NCBI RefSeq assembly: GCF_004010195.1
Contig: NC_057719.1
Location: 49,127,336 to 49,191,335 of the forward strand
Direction: 5' to 3'
Source: Chiloscyllium plagiosum
Lineage: Eukaryota
Length of the DNA stretch: 64,000 bases
Shown here: one piece after another, positions 13,721 through 26,174 of the stretch
Numbering within the stretch: position 1 is the stretch's first letter
Layout of the letters: every line of letters starts with the position of its first letter
Program-made: the position numbers and the translations under genes
The notes under the pieces: generated by a model
What the model saw: the letters and a program-made list of their open reading frames with translations, nothing else
The model's database searches: none
Told to the model about the DNA's origin: nothing

Positions 13721-15156
13721 CATCTTGACAATTTGATATCTCAGGTTGTACGGGAGTTGAATCTAATATAAACCATAGTCCCTTTCCATCAATCTAAATG
13801 CAGCACAGACTTCCACAAGCATATCATGTAATAGTGTACATCTCGTCATTTCACACAGGAAAAAAAAGCAAGATTCTTCTTTCTAGTAAAACCCTTTGAA
13901 CAAAATGCTTTAAAAATCAGAAAAAAAATCAAAGTAGCATCTTATGATTGACCTTGAAATGATGTTAACCCTAATAGTGTATAATATTACTGCTAAAACA
14001 AAAAAGAAGATCGATTTGCTGTGTCTCTTTTCTTAAGTATCTTTGAACGACAACATTAAGGGAAGAAAATGTGTAAAGAAATGAAGATTAAGTCTCAGTC
14101 ACAACAGGTCAATAAATTGCATCAGCCAAATTGGATTTTATTGGTAAGTACTCTCCAAAGCCTAGTAAAAATTATCTGAGAACATAATACTGCAGCTCAG
14201 TGGTTTCTTTTAAATCTACTCATCTATAATGGATCCAGACCTTTCATAATGCAATTATAATGCAATTAATTTTGTAGATACTTTACTAGTTGTGGCCTTT
14301 GACATTCTTCTTAACTTTTCAGGTACTTCTTCATTATAAATAGATTGCAAGGACTTTCTAACCAACCATTAGCTTGGTCCCCTTTATATAACTAATGCTG
14401 CAATCTTACTTCAAGGTAAAGACCAACCATCAACCAGCGAATCCAATTAGTCGGAAATTGTCTCAAATTGCACCCTTCTGTTGTGCATAACTGCTTAAAA
14501 ACCTAAAGCAATTCAAATCCTGAAGAAACAAAATAGATGAGAAAATTCTGCATACTAAAGAGAGTTCTGGGCATAAGCCAACTGTGCTATCAAGTGAAAG
14601 AATGAAAATGTCCCCATGTGAACAAATGCAATACTTTATTTCAAAATGTATGATATTTTATATTTTACTGGCCATACAATTAAATTTGCATGAAATTCCC
14701 CCTACTATACATTAACATGCTAGAAGCCTAGAGTTAAACAAAGAACTTTTAAGTAAATTTAAGAAATAAGATTTTAAACATTTATATGTTGAAATTCACT
14801 GGACCATATTAATTTGTTTGGTAAAGGTTATTTTTCAATAAATTCAAATTGTTTGACTGGAAAAGAACTTTTTTTATTACCAATGTCACATTATGTAAAA
14901 CTTGCAGTACAGAAACTGGCCATTCGGTTCAACTGGTTTCTACTGAACACAAGTCTCCTCCTAGTATTTTTTTATGTAACACTGTCAGCACAATCTTGAA
15001 TTCCTTTTTCTCCCCCCATCTGTTTATCCAGCTTTTCCTTAAACACATCTATTCTATATTTCACCTCGACTATTAGTTCTGGTAGTGAGTTCCACATTCT
15101 ATCTATTTTCATTTTTAGTAAAGATGATACTTTATTAGTAACTATACGATAATTAT

Positions 15157-15460
15157 GGAATCATAGAATCCCAACAGTGTGGGAGCAGACCATTTGACCC
15201 TCTGAGTCAACACTGAACGTCTGAAGAGCATTCCACCCAGACTAGCCCCATACTTTTTCCCAGTAACCTTGCATTTCCCATGGCTAATCCATCCAACCTG
15301 CACATCTTTGGACTGTGGGAGGGAACTGGAGCACCCACAGTAATCTCACGCAGACACGGAGAGAATGTGCAAACTCCATTTAGACAGTCACCCAAGACTG
15401 GAATCAAACCTGGTCTCTTGGTGCTGTGAGGCAGTAGTGCTAACCACTGAGCCGCATCGC
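15157..15460 (-). mobile_element. HE1-type V-SINE
   Basis: Reverse complement of head (gtgctaaccactgagcc), V-domain and tail (gaatcatagaatcc). Confidence 0.88.
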
Positions 15461-15749
15461 CATAAGTAGTTATGGACAAAAGTTTTGGTCTCCTCGCAAA
15501 TGATAACACGAGTCCTATGTCTACATAGCAAACCTTTTCATTACTTGAAAGACATTGTAGCTCAGCAAAGAATCCCAACCTGTTCAATCTGTCCTGGTAA
15601 GTATTAACTCTCAGCTCTGGTATCGTCTTGTAAGTAATGTTGCACCCTCTCCAGGGTATTCAAATCCTTTCTGTAATATGGAGACCAGCACTGCACACAG
15701 TATACCAACATTGATTTATCAATCTTCCATATAGGGTTAATATAAGTCA

Positions 15750-16495
15750 TCATCATAGAATCATAGAGCTCTACAGTGCAGAAAAAGACCCTTCAGCCCA
15801 TCACTCCCAAGCCGGTCAATAACAACCACCTAACTATTCTAATCCCATCTTCAAGCACTTGGCCCACAAGTGCCTTGGCATCACAAGTGCACAGCTAAAT
15901 GGTAAGAGGGTTTTTAACCTCTACTCATCTGAAATAACTGCACAGAGGCCAATATCCTATCACCTTTTAGTAACTTGTGGCCAGCCAACTCGCAGTCAGT
16001 CCTTGAAGTGAAGAGACTGAATCCCCTGTTTCTGTCAGCCAGGGCTCCTTGATTAGTCCAGGTTAACAAACCTAATCAAGGACCTCCTAGCCAATCAGAT
16101 TCATCTAGTTCCCGTCACTACAATACCATTATAGATGCATCCAGATTCCCTCTGGGTGAAAACAATTTTCCTCACATCCCCTCTAAATCTTTTGTCCCTT
16201 ACTTTAAATCTACGTCACCTGGTTACTGATTTCTCCCCATACCAATGGGAACAGTTTCTTCCTGTCTCCCCTGTCTATGACCCTCATAATTTTATACATG
16301 TCAATCATGTCCACCCCTCAGTGTCTTCTGCTCTAAGGAAAATAAGCTCAATCTCTCTTGATGACTAAAACTGCCTAGCCCAGGATACATCCTACTAAAT
16401 CTCCTCTGCACCCTCTCCAGTACAATCACATTCCTCATATCATGTGCATTCCAGAACTGCACACAATACTCTCGATGTGGCCTAACCAACATTTT
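15750..16495 (-). mobile_element. Old CR1 LINE 3' fragment (interrupted)
   Basis: Peptide LVRPHREYCVQFW...LERVQRRFSRMYPGL and a catagaatcatagag terminus. Confidence 0.8.
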
Positions 16496-17041
16496 GACTT
16501 TTCAACTTGAATAATTTTTAAAAAATCCAAAGTCTTTTCTTTGCCTTCTCAATGGCATTATTGACCTAGGCGACAGGTTTTGAAGAACTGTATTTGCACA
16601 TTCCTGTGCACCTCTTTTCTATTGAAAATCAGGTTCGCAAAAGGATTATGTGGCCTCTCCTCTTTCCCACTTGAATAGACAACAATTAACAATGAAGACA
16701 TGTATCTAGATTGTGCCTTTAATGTAATAAAACATTTCAATAAACTTTATAGGACCATGTAAATACAAAATTTGAACCCATGCCACCTATAGAGATCTCA
16801 AACAAAAATGCAATGAGGTTTTATTACAGTATTGGTATTGACATTTGTACATTATAATCACAGGCACTCTCATATCTGGGCTCAAACTAAGTAACTGGAT
16901 TTGCCAGCATGCCAGCCATGCTGCAAGAGAGCAGAGCTCAGTAAGATGGAGATTGGTTTTAACATTGACATCATGGGGATTCCTTAAAGGCATAAGGGAG
17001 GTGGAAAGATTTAAGAAGGGAATTCTAGAAAGTAGCACAAT

Positions 17042-17363
17042 GGGCGGCATGGTGGCACAGTGGTTAGCACTGCTGCCTCACAGCGCCAGAGACCCGGGTT
17101 CAAATCCTGCCTCGGGCAACTGTCTGTTCGGAGTTTGCACTTTCTCCCTGTGTCTACGTGGGTTTCCTCCGGGTGCTTCAGTTTCCTCCCACAGTCCAAA
17201 GATGTGCAGGTTAGGTGAATTGGCCATGCTAAACTGCCCATAGTGTAAGGTGCATTAGTCAGGGGTAAATGTAGGGGAATGGGTCTGGGTGGGTTACTCT
17301 TCAGAGGGTTGGTGTGGACTTGTTGGCCGAAGGGCCTATTTCCACACTCTAAGTAATCTAATC
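17042..17363 (+). mobile_element. HE1-type V-SINE
   Basis: Full head, V-domain and tail. Confidence 0.93.
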
Positions 17364-17557
17364 AATGAGTGCACTGCCCCCAGTATTAGCACAATTTAAA
17401 TTAGTGATGCTGAAAAGGCCAGAATTAGATGTGCACAGGTAATTTAAGTTGTGGGTTTGGAGGAGATGACAGAGAGAGAGAAGAACAAGCCACAGTGGAT
17501 TACATACACAAATATGAAAACATTAGTATCAAGGCTTTGTTTAACTGGGAGCCTTGT

Positions 17558-17861
17558 GGGCGGCACGGTGGCACAGTGGTTAGCACTGCTGCTTCGCAGC
17601 GCCAGAGACCCGGGTTCAATTCCCGCCTCAGGCGACTGACTGTGTGGAGTTTGCACATTCTCCCCGTGTCTGCGTGGGTTTCCTCCGGGTGCTCCGGTTT
17701 CCTCCCACAGGTCAGGTGAATTGGCCATGTTAAATTGTCCGTAGTGTTAGGTAAGGGGTAAATGTAGGGGTATGGGTGGGTTGCGCTTCGGCGGGTCGGT
17801 GTGGACTTGTTGGCCGAAGGGCCTGTTTCCACACTGTAAAGTAATCTAATCTAATCTAATC
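17558..17861 (+). mobile_element. HE1-type V-SINE, little diverged
   Basis: CpGs are retained, there is a (aatct)n tail, and a short internal deletion follows ctcccacag. Confidence 0.93.
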
Positions 17862-18210
17862 TTAATAGAACAGGCAGGATGGTAGGTGAATGGGACTTTG
17901 TATGAGTTAAGCACAGGAGGTAGAGATTGGATGACTTCAAAGTTTATGGAGGATAGAAAGTGGGAGGCCACATAAGAGAGTGTATTGGAATAATCAAGCC
18001 TAGTGTTAACAAAAGTATGGATGTGGGCTTCACAGCAAATGAGCTGAGATGGGGCAAAATCAGATGGTGTTACGGATATGGAAAGAGGATGTGTGATGGA
18101 AACTCATGTCAGATTTAATTATGACAAAATTGTAAAGACTTTGGCTCAGCCTCAGACAGGAGACATTTTCAGATAGACAGCAGGCAACACTGGATAAGAA
18201 ATTGAGATTT
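17862..18210 (-). mobile_element. Old L2-like LINE fragment (probably continuous with ~16680-17035)
   Basis: gtattggaataatcaagcctag...aaagtatggatg...gagatggggc resembles the antisense of an L2 RT C-terminal region. No intact ORF. Confidence 0.45.
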
Positions 18211-19644
18211 TTTTTGGCAGGGAGTGAAGATACTATCCCAACAAAGTGAAAACCCATGTCATGTGGGGGGAAAAGAGGTGATAGATCTGATTCTAGGTTG
18301 AATGTGTGTCATGATCATGCACTGAGCAACCCTAATACACAAGGTTCCATTGTATGATGGTAACTTCAGACCCTTTGCAATTTTTATGCAGTCAGACGGC
18401 TTTGGAAGGCACTGAAGGAGATGTGGTTCCCACCAATTCAGGGATATTACACACCAAGGGGATGCTTGTTTTGGAGTCAGGGTCATTTGGGTTTTGTTCT
18501 GAAAAGGCAAATGACTATTACTTTGACAAGCATTGCAAACATATTCAGATGCATTAGAGTTCTTTATCTAATGGATTGAAGTATGTTGAGTTCCAAATTT
18601 TAATATGTCATTTGTACCCTGCAGTTTTAACTTTACTTTGATTGATGGGCCATTCATCTGGTTAGTCTTTGAAGTAGTGGAAAAGGTGTTTGATTTCTTT
18701 TGATCAGTCATCTGATCAGCCTTTTAAGTATTGGAACAGATATTCATCAACTCTGGAGGTTTTGTTGACACAGTTGTGCAATGGAATTTTGTTATGAATG
18801 GCTAGCTGAGCTCCACATTAATGGATTGAGCACAATAGGGGCTAGTGATACAGCTGAAAAGGGAGAGAGTTTGTTTATTTTGACAATTTTATGACTACTT
18901 CAGATGATTATGTTTTAAGTGAAATTACTATGATTGAGTGTTTTATTGATAGCTTTGAGTTCAAAACTGAATTAAAAATGTTTAATAGATTTTTGAATGA
19001 CTGTTTGTTTTGACAGTTTCACAAGCTATTCTACTGTTATTACAAGGTTTCTTAAGTTGTCCATAGTAGATATCGGATGAGTGAGAATGAGAAAATTGGA
19101 ATGGGTAAGAAGGTAATGGAATAGATTTAGGGATGGATAGGATTGTGAAAGGGTAGAGGTATATAAATGGTGGTGGAATTTGAAGAATTAAATCACAATT
19201 TCAGGAAATTACCTAAATCATGACTCTTGTCTCTTAAAGAAAAATCCAGTTCAATGGCTTTGGTCTTGCCAGTAAGCTGAACAATTCTGTTCGTCATACA
19301 AGCAGAATGACAATTTAGAATCAGTGGAGTAGTTGAGAGAGACAATGGTGAAATAGTGCTGAGGACTTCAGTGCACAAGTGAAAACAAATGGGGTCTGAT
19401 GATGGTGCTGAGGGACAGCATGTAGATGGGAAATAGAAGGCAGCTAAGGGTAAATCATTGGAAAACACCAAAACTAATGGTGCAGGTCATAATCTAGCTG
19501 ACATTTGATCAATAAAAATGGAACTAGATAAGTTCAACTAGATGATGGTAGAAAGGGATGGAGGAGGATGGAGAACATAAAACATACTGTTGTCTGGAAA
19601 AAGATAGTTTACTACTGAAATAGGCTTCATTTGTAATTAACTAA

Positions 19645-21501
19645 CACAGCAGGGGGATGGGAACCTAAATTACAGTTCCAATGTACAGGAGGTTGAGAGT
19701 AGTGAGGTCAGAAATAAGGTTTCAAGGTCACAAGAGTGCACCGGCAAGCAGGAAGGTGGTTTGAAGTGTGTCTGCTTCAACGCCAGGAGCATCCAGAATG
19801 GGATGGGTGAACTTGCAGCATGGGTTGGTACCTGGGACTTCGATGTTGTGGCCATTTCAGAGACATGGATAGAGCAGGGACAGGAATGGTTGTTGGAGAT
19901 TCCATGATTTAGATGTTTCAGTAAGAACAGAGAAGATGGTAAAAGAAGGAGAGGTGTGGCATTGTTAGTCAAGGACAGTATTATGGTGGCAGAAAGGATG
20001 TTTGAGGACTCGTCTACTGAGGTAGTGCGGGCTGAGTTTAGAAACAGGAAAGGAGAGGTCACTTTGTTGGGTATTTTCTAGAGGCCTCCGAATGTAGAGG
20101 AAAGGATAGCAAAGTGATTCTGGATAGGAGCAAGAGTAACATGGTAGTTGAAATTTAACTGAACAAATATTGACTGGAAATACTATAGTTTGAATATGTT
20201 AGTGGGAATAGTTTTTGTTCAATGTGTGCAGGAGGGTTTCCTGCCGCAGTATGTAGACAGGCCAACAAGGGGTGAGGCCACATTGAATTTGGCACAAGGG
20301 AATGAACCCAGCCAGGTGTTAGATTTGGAGGTAGGTGAGTACTTTGGTCATAGTGACCACAATTTGGTTATGTTTACTTTAGTGATGGATAGGGATAGGT
20401 ATATACTGCAGGGCAAGTTATAGCTGGGGCAAAGGCAATTATGATGTGATTAGGCAAGATTTAGGATGCATAGGATGGGGAAGGAAACTGCAGGGGATGG
20501 ACAGAATTGAAATTTGGAGCATATTCAAGGAACAGCTAGTGCATGTCCTTGATAAGTATATACCTGTCAAGCAAGGTTGAGGAAGGGAGCTGGGGTTTAC
20601 TAAAGAAGTTGAATCTCATGTCAAGAGGAAGAAGAAGGCTTATGTCAGGATGAGACATGACGGCTCAGTTAGGGTGCTTGAGAGTTACAAGTTAGCCAGG
20701 AAGGACCTAAAGAGAGAGCTAAGAAGAGCCAGGAGGGGACATGAAAAGCCATCAGCAGACAGGACCAAGGAAAACCCTAAAGCTTTCTATAGGTATATCA
20801 TGAATAAAATAATGACTAGAGTAAGATTAGGGCCAATCAAAGAAAGTAGTGGGAAGTTGTGTGAGGAGTCCGAGGAGATAGGAAAAGCGCTAAATGAATA
20901 TTTTTCGTCAGTATTCACACTGGAAAAAGACAATGTTGTCAAGGAGAATACTGAGACTAGATGGGATTGAAGTTCACAAGGAAGAGGTGTTAGCCATTCT
21001 GGAAAGTGTGAAAATAAGTAAGTCCTCTGGGCCGTATGGGATTTATTCTAGGAGCCAGGGAGGAGATTGCAGAGCCTTTGGCTTTGATTTTTATGCCATC
21101 ATTATCTGCAGGAATAGTGCCAGAAGACTGAAGGATAGCAAATGTTGTCCCTTGTTCAAGAAGGGGAATAAAGACAACCCTGGTAATTATAGGCCAGTGA
21201 ACCTTACTTCAGTTGGGGGTAAACTGTTGGAAAAGGTTTTAAGAGATTGGATTTATAATCATCTAGAAAGGAATAAGTTGATTAGGAATAGTCAACACAG
21301 TTTTGTGAAGGGTAGATTATGTCTCATGAACCTTATTGAGTTCTTTGAGAAGGTGACCAGAGGGTGCATGAGGGTAAAGCTGTTGATGTTGTATAGGGAC
21401 TTCAGTAAGGTATTTGATAAGGTTCCCCATGGTAAGCTACTGCACAAAACATGGAGGCATGAGATTGAGGGTGATTTAGTGGTTTGGAATAGAAATTGGC
21501 T
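19645..21501 (+). mobile_element. CR1 LINE ORF2, 5' part (EN to RT), degenerate
   Basis: FNARSI, PTRGEATLNL, PLFKKGNKDNPGNYRPVNLTSV and DFSKVFDKVPHGKL motifs. Confidence 0.93.
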
Positions 21502-21637
21502 TTTGGATGTAGGTTGCTGAGCTTGAAGGTTCATTTCCAGACGTTTCATCACTCTACCACGTAACATCTTCAATAGCTGAAAATGTGTTGCTGGAAAAGC
21601 GCAGCAGGTCAGGCAGCATCCAAGGAGCAGGAGAATC

Positions 21638-21665
21638 GATGTTTCGGGCATGAGCCCTTCTTCAG
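21638..21665 (-). ncRNA. Minimal type I hammerhead ribozyme motif (copy 1 of tandem pair)
   Basis: The - strand reads CTGAAGA-A-GGGC-TCAT-GCCC-GAAAC-ATC. Confidence 0.7.
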
Positions 21666-21742
21666 GAATTTTTTTTTGGTGAGTGATGTCACTGGGGGCG
21701 GAAGTGGCTGCGGCGAGGCAGCATCCAAGGAGCAGGAGAATC

Positions 21743-21770
21743 GATGTTTCGGGCATGAGCCCTTCTTCAG
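21743..21770 (-). ncRNA. Minimal type I hammerhead ribozyme motif (copy 2 of tandem pair)
   Basis: Identical core 105 bp away, within a direct tandem duplication (~21612-21822). Confidence 0.7.
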
Positions 21771-23781
21771 GAATCTTTTTTTTGGTGAGTGATGTCACTG
21801 GGGGCGGAAGTGGCTGCGGCGACGGCAACCCAGGAGGCGGAGGTGGCTGTGGTGATGGCAGAAACGGTGTTGTTCCTGATAGCCATGCACCCCGCAGAGG
21901 CCGCAAATCTGCCGATCATGGAGGCGGTTGTCTGGGCGGCGATTGCGGAGGCTGCAAGGTCGGTGGGGCGGAAGTGATGTCATGGTTCGCGGTGGCGGCC
22001 GCTGCCACAGGCGCTGCAGCGGCCGCGTGGTTAATGGCGCCTGAGTGATTTCGGAGGCCGATGGAAGATTCTGGAACAGTTGAGGAACCCAGAGTGTGGG
22101 GGTAAGTACATGAAACTTTAATTTCCGATATGGCTAGGAAGAACTGTTTGTTTAGTGTATGGACTCTTCTGTGGATGAAGAACAGTAGAGGTCCTTTACA
22201 GGTCTGTGAGAGTGTTATCCTGAGCTGGTGTAGGGCTAATTGCAGGGAATGTAGGTGGCGGCGCATGGCTGCAAGCGTGGAGAAGAGGATCCGGAGGGAG
22301 GTCTGTTGCTGGAGGCTTAGGATTTGTTGTAGGTACTGGTTGTCTTGGTTGGGTCCAAATTCTGTTGGTCAGAACGTAGTCCGGAGTCCGTGCGGGGCCA
22401 GTCGGTTCCGTAGGCAGGTGCTGAGGAAGGAGATGTGGCTGTGGTAGCGAGTCTGTTTGAGAACGTGGCTGAAGAGCTTCTGGGCAGAGGAGATGAGCTG
22501 GGGTGTGCAGTGAGAGAGGGACTCGCTGAAATCCTTGTAGAGGGAGGAAGAGAGCTTCTTCAAGAAAGGCATCCTTGCAAGAGGATTCACAGTAGGTTAA
22601 AATCTTCTAGGAGAAAGCGAGGACTGCGGATGCTGGAGATCAGAGCTGAAAATGTGTTGCTGTGACCTGCTGTGCTTTTCCAGCATCACATTTTCAGCTC
22701 TGATCTCCAGCATCTGCAGTCCTCACTTTCTCATATAACATCTTCAGTAGGCCTCAGGTGAAGCACAGGTGAAAATTCCTGCTTTCTATTTATATGCTTG
22801 GGTTTCTTTGGGTTGGTGATGTCATTTCCTGTGGTTATGTTATTTCCTGTGGTGAAGCCACTTCCTGTTCCTTTTCTCAGGGGCTGGTAGATGGGGTCTA
22901 ACTCGATGTGTTTGTTGATAGAGTTCCGGTTGGAATGCCATGCTTCTAGGAATTCTAGTGCATGTCTTTATTTGGCTTGTCCTAGGATGGATGTGTTCGC
23001 ACAGTTGAAGTGGTGTCCTTCCTCATCCATATGTAAGGATACTAGTGAGTGACGTTTTGTGGCTAGTTGGTGTTCATGTACATCAAAAACACTAAGATAG
23101 ACGAGGATGAAATAATGGTCTCCTTTAATGTAACAGCCCTGTTTACATCAATCAACATTAACCTGGCCAAGGAAACTGACTGCACGATTAGAAGACCTAA
23201 AGACACATACACCAAACACCACTAACTTCATCAACAAGGACAGTATCATCAAGCTAGTGGACCTATGCCTTACCACACACTTCACCTTCAACAACAAAAC
23301 CGACAGACAAACTAATGGAACACCCATGGGATCTCCGATATCAGGGTTCTTAGCAGAGGCAGTAATGCAGAGATTTGAACAAACAGCTCTGCCAACCATC
23401 CAGCCCAAGCTCTGGGTCCGCTACGTTGATGATACCTTTGTCATCACTAAATGAAACAAATTAGAGGAAACCTTCAAGACAATCAATAATACCCTTACTG
23501 GCATAAAATTAACTAAAGAGGAGGAAAACAACAACAAACTGCCATTCTGAGATGTCACAGTAGAGCGAACAGCAAATGGGGAACTTCAAACCAGCGTCTT
23601 CAGGAAAACAACACATACGGATTAAATATTGAACTACAGAAGCAATCACCCCAACACCCACAAATGAAGTTGCATCAGAACATTATTTCAACGAGCCAAC
23701 ACACACTGCAGCATAGAGGAACTATACAAAGCAGAAGAAAATCACCTATACCGTGTATTCAAAAAGAATGGCTATTGAATA

Positions 23782-23933
23782 GGCGAATTGGCCATGCTAA
23801 ATTGCCCATAGTGTTAGGTGCAGGGGTAAATGTAGGGGAATGGGTCTGGGTGGGTTGCGCTTCGGCGGGTCGGTGTGGACTTGTTGGACCAAAGGGCCTG
23901 TAAGTAATCTAATCTAAAGTAAGTAATCTAAAG
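23782..23933 (+). mobile_element. HE1 SINE 3' fragment inserted in the PLE-A ORF
   Basis: ggcgaattggccatgctaaattgccc...gggcctgtaagtaatctaatct interrupts the PLE coding frame after the KKNGY codons. Confidence 0.88.
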
Positions 23934-24267
23934 TATCTAATGAACACAGTCTGCAGATTTCTCAGCGACAAACCCAAACAAACAGACAAAACACATCCAG
24001 AAACCCTAGCCACTCTCCCCTACATCAAAGACATACAGGAAATGACTGCCAGACTACTCAGACCCCTTGGCATCATGGTAGCCCACAAACCCACCAACAC
24101 ACTAAAACAGCAGGTAATGTACTTGAAAGACCCTATACAGACAACAAGCAAAACTAATGTCATTCACAAAATACCATGCAAGGACTGTAACAAACACTAC
24201 ATTGGACAAATGGCAGAAAACTAGCCACCAGGATAGATGATTAACAACTAGCCACAAAAAGACCTGA

Positions 24268-24767
24268 GGCAAAAGTGAGGACTGCAGATGCTGGAAACCA
24301 GAGTTTAGATCAGAGTGGTGCTGGAAAAGCACAGCAGGTCAGGCAGCATCCAAGGAGCAGGAAAATCGACATTTTGGGCAAAAGCCCTTCATCAGGAATA
24401 GAGGCAGGGAGCCTCCAGAGTGGAGAGATAAATGGGGGAGTGGGCTGGGGAGACGGTGGCAAAGAGTACAATAGGTGAATGGGGGTGGGGATGGAGGTGA
24501 TAGGTCAGATAGGAGAGTGGAGCGGATAGGTGGGATGGGAGGTTGGCCGGTAGGACAGGTCATGAGGACAGTGCCGAGCTGGAAGGTTGGAATTGGGGTA
24601 AAGTAGGGGGAGGGAAGTGAGGAAACTGGTGAAGTCCACGTTGATGCCCTGGGGTTGAAGTGTTTCGCCTGCCCTCTATTTCTGATGAAGGACTTTTGCC
24701 CGAAACGTCAATTTTCCTACTCCTCAGATGCTGCCTGACCTGCTGTGCTTTTACAGCACCACTCTGA
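24268..24767. mobile_element. Penelope-like element C, inverted terminal-repeat structure
   Basis: ~24309-24410 is the reverse complement of ~24668-24767. It is a variant of the PLE-B terminal repeat. Confidence 0.8.
24682..24709 (+). ncRNA. Minimal hammerhead ribozyme motif (core nucleotides intact)
   Basis: CTGATGA-A-GGAC-TTTT-GCCC-GAAAC-GTC, with one mismatch in stem II. A decayed antisense twin lies at 24368-24395. Confidence 0.75.
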
Positions 24768-24834
24768 ACCTTCAAGCTCTGTGAGCAAACCTACAACCAA
24801 AACCTCAAGCTACAAATTTTCTCAAAACTCGCTA

Positions 24835-25855
24835 AGAAATTGGCTAGCTGAAAGAAGACAGAGGGTGGTGGTTGATGGGAAATATTCATACCAAAGATCA
24901 GTTACTAATGGTGTACTGCCAGGTTCTGTTTTGGGGCCACTTCTGTTTGTCATTTTTATAAATGACCTAGATGAGGGTATAGAAGGAAGGGTTAGTAAAT
25001 TTGCGGATGACACTGACTTCAGTGGAGTTGTGGAAAGTGCTGAAGGATGTTGCAGGTTACAGCAGGACACAGATAAGCTGCAGAGCTGGGCTGAGAGGTG
25101 GCAAATGGAGTTTAATGTGGAAAAGTGTGAGGTGATTCACTTTAGAAGGAGTAACAGGAATGCAGAGTACTGGGCTAATGGTAAGATTCTTGGTAGTGTA
25201 GATGAGCAGAGAGATCATAGTGTCCACGTACATAGATCCCTGAAAGTTGCCATCCAGGTTGAAAGGGTCGTTAAGAAGGCATATGGTGTGTTAGCTTTTA
25301 TTGTAGACGGATTGAGGTTCGGAGCCATGAGGTCATGTTGCATCTGTACAAAAGTCTGGTGCGGCCGCACTTGGAGTATTGCCTACAGTTCTGGTCACCG
25401 CGTTATAGGAAGGATGTGGAAGCTTTGGAAAGGGTTCAGAGAAGATTTATTAGGATTTTGCCTGGTTTGGAGGGAAGGTCTTATGAGGAAAGGCTGACGG
25501 ACTTGAGGCTGCTTTTGTTAGGGAGAAGAAGTTTGAATTAATTGAGACATATAAGATAATCAGAGGACAGTGAGAGCATTTTTCCTCAGATGGTGTTGGC
25601 TAGCATGAGGGGAGACAGATATAGGACAGATGTCAGAGGTAGTTTCTTCACTCAGAGGATAATAGGGGCATGGAATGCACTGCCTGTAACAGCAGTAGAC
25701 TCACCAACCTTAAGGGCATTTAAATGGTCATTGGATAAACATCTGATGAAAATGGAATAGTGTTGGATAGATGGACTTTAGATTGGTTCCACAGGTCAGC
25801 ACAACATTGAGTGCCAATGGGCCTGTACTGCACTGTAATCTTCTATGTTGTATGT
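24835..25855 (+). mobile_element. CR1 LINE 3' part (continuation of the 19645 copy)
   Basis: [27 protein letters not shown] and LVRPHLEYCLQFWSP motifs; tail ...cttctatgttgtatgt. Confidence 0.93.
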
Positions 25856-26174
25856 AACTTTGATAAGCACTGTTCAGTACCAGGGCAAGGGCGAATACCT
25901 GGCTGGAGGGATTCCAACGTGAATTGCTGAAAGATCAATACAGATTTGAGAAACAACAATGAAGGACTATGAAGAGGAAAGGAAGGTTGGAAATATTTGC
26001 AAATGCGCATTCTCATGAGTTGATTTTTTTTTTAGGCAGGATAATGACAGCATTGAGAAAAAAAAAGAGGTGCAGTCCCTGAACAGAGATTTATTAATAG
26101 CATTAAATAAAAATCTAAAGTAAAATTCATTTGACATTTCCACAACTACTCTGCAAGATAGCAAATGTCTTCCT

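Larger units (their letters stand above)
21573..22735 (-). mobile_element. Penelope-like element B fragment (terminal repeats plus ORF N-terminus), 11-bp TSD TAACATCTTCA
   Basis: TSD at 21562-21572 and 22736-22746. The - strand ORF start MPFLKKL...HSHISFLSTCLRNRLAPHGLR resembles PLE N-termini and follows a ctttctcctag acceptor-like end of the terminal repeat. Hairpin at 22611-22662/22681-22732. Confidence 0.78.
21502..24834. mobile_element. Penelope-like element A (RT + GIY-YIG) with inverted 3' segment, inserted into CR1 with 11-bp TSD AGAAATTGGCT
   Basis: TSD at 21491-21501 and 24835-24845. + strand 23081-24267 encodes GTPMGSPISGFLAE, WVRYVDDTF and NVIHKIPCKDCNKHYIGQ. - strand 22747-23080 encodes the C-terminus (LEFLEAWHSNRNSINKHIELDPIYQPLR). 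The termini are inverted copies of tgaaccttcaagctc...aacctaca. Confidence 0.9.

Noticed and set aside
21612..21822. Direct repeats as a CRISPR-like array
   Set aside because: Only two ~105-bp tandem units, no unique spacers, no cas genes, and a eukaryotic PLE context.
21292..22266. Pro/Ala/Gly-rich ORFs as host genes
   Set aside because: They are low-complexity parts of PLE-B, or chimeric frames across insertion junctions.
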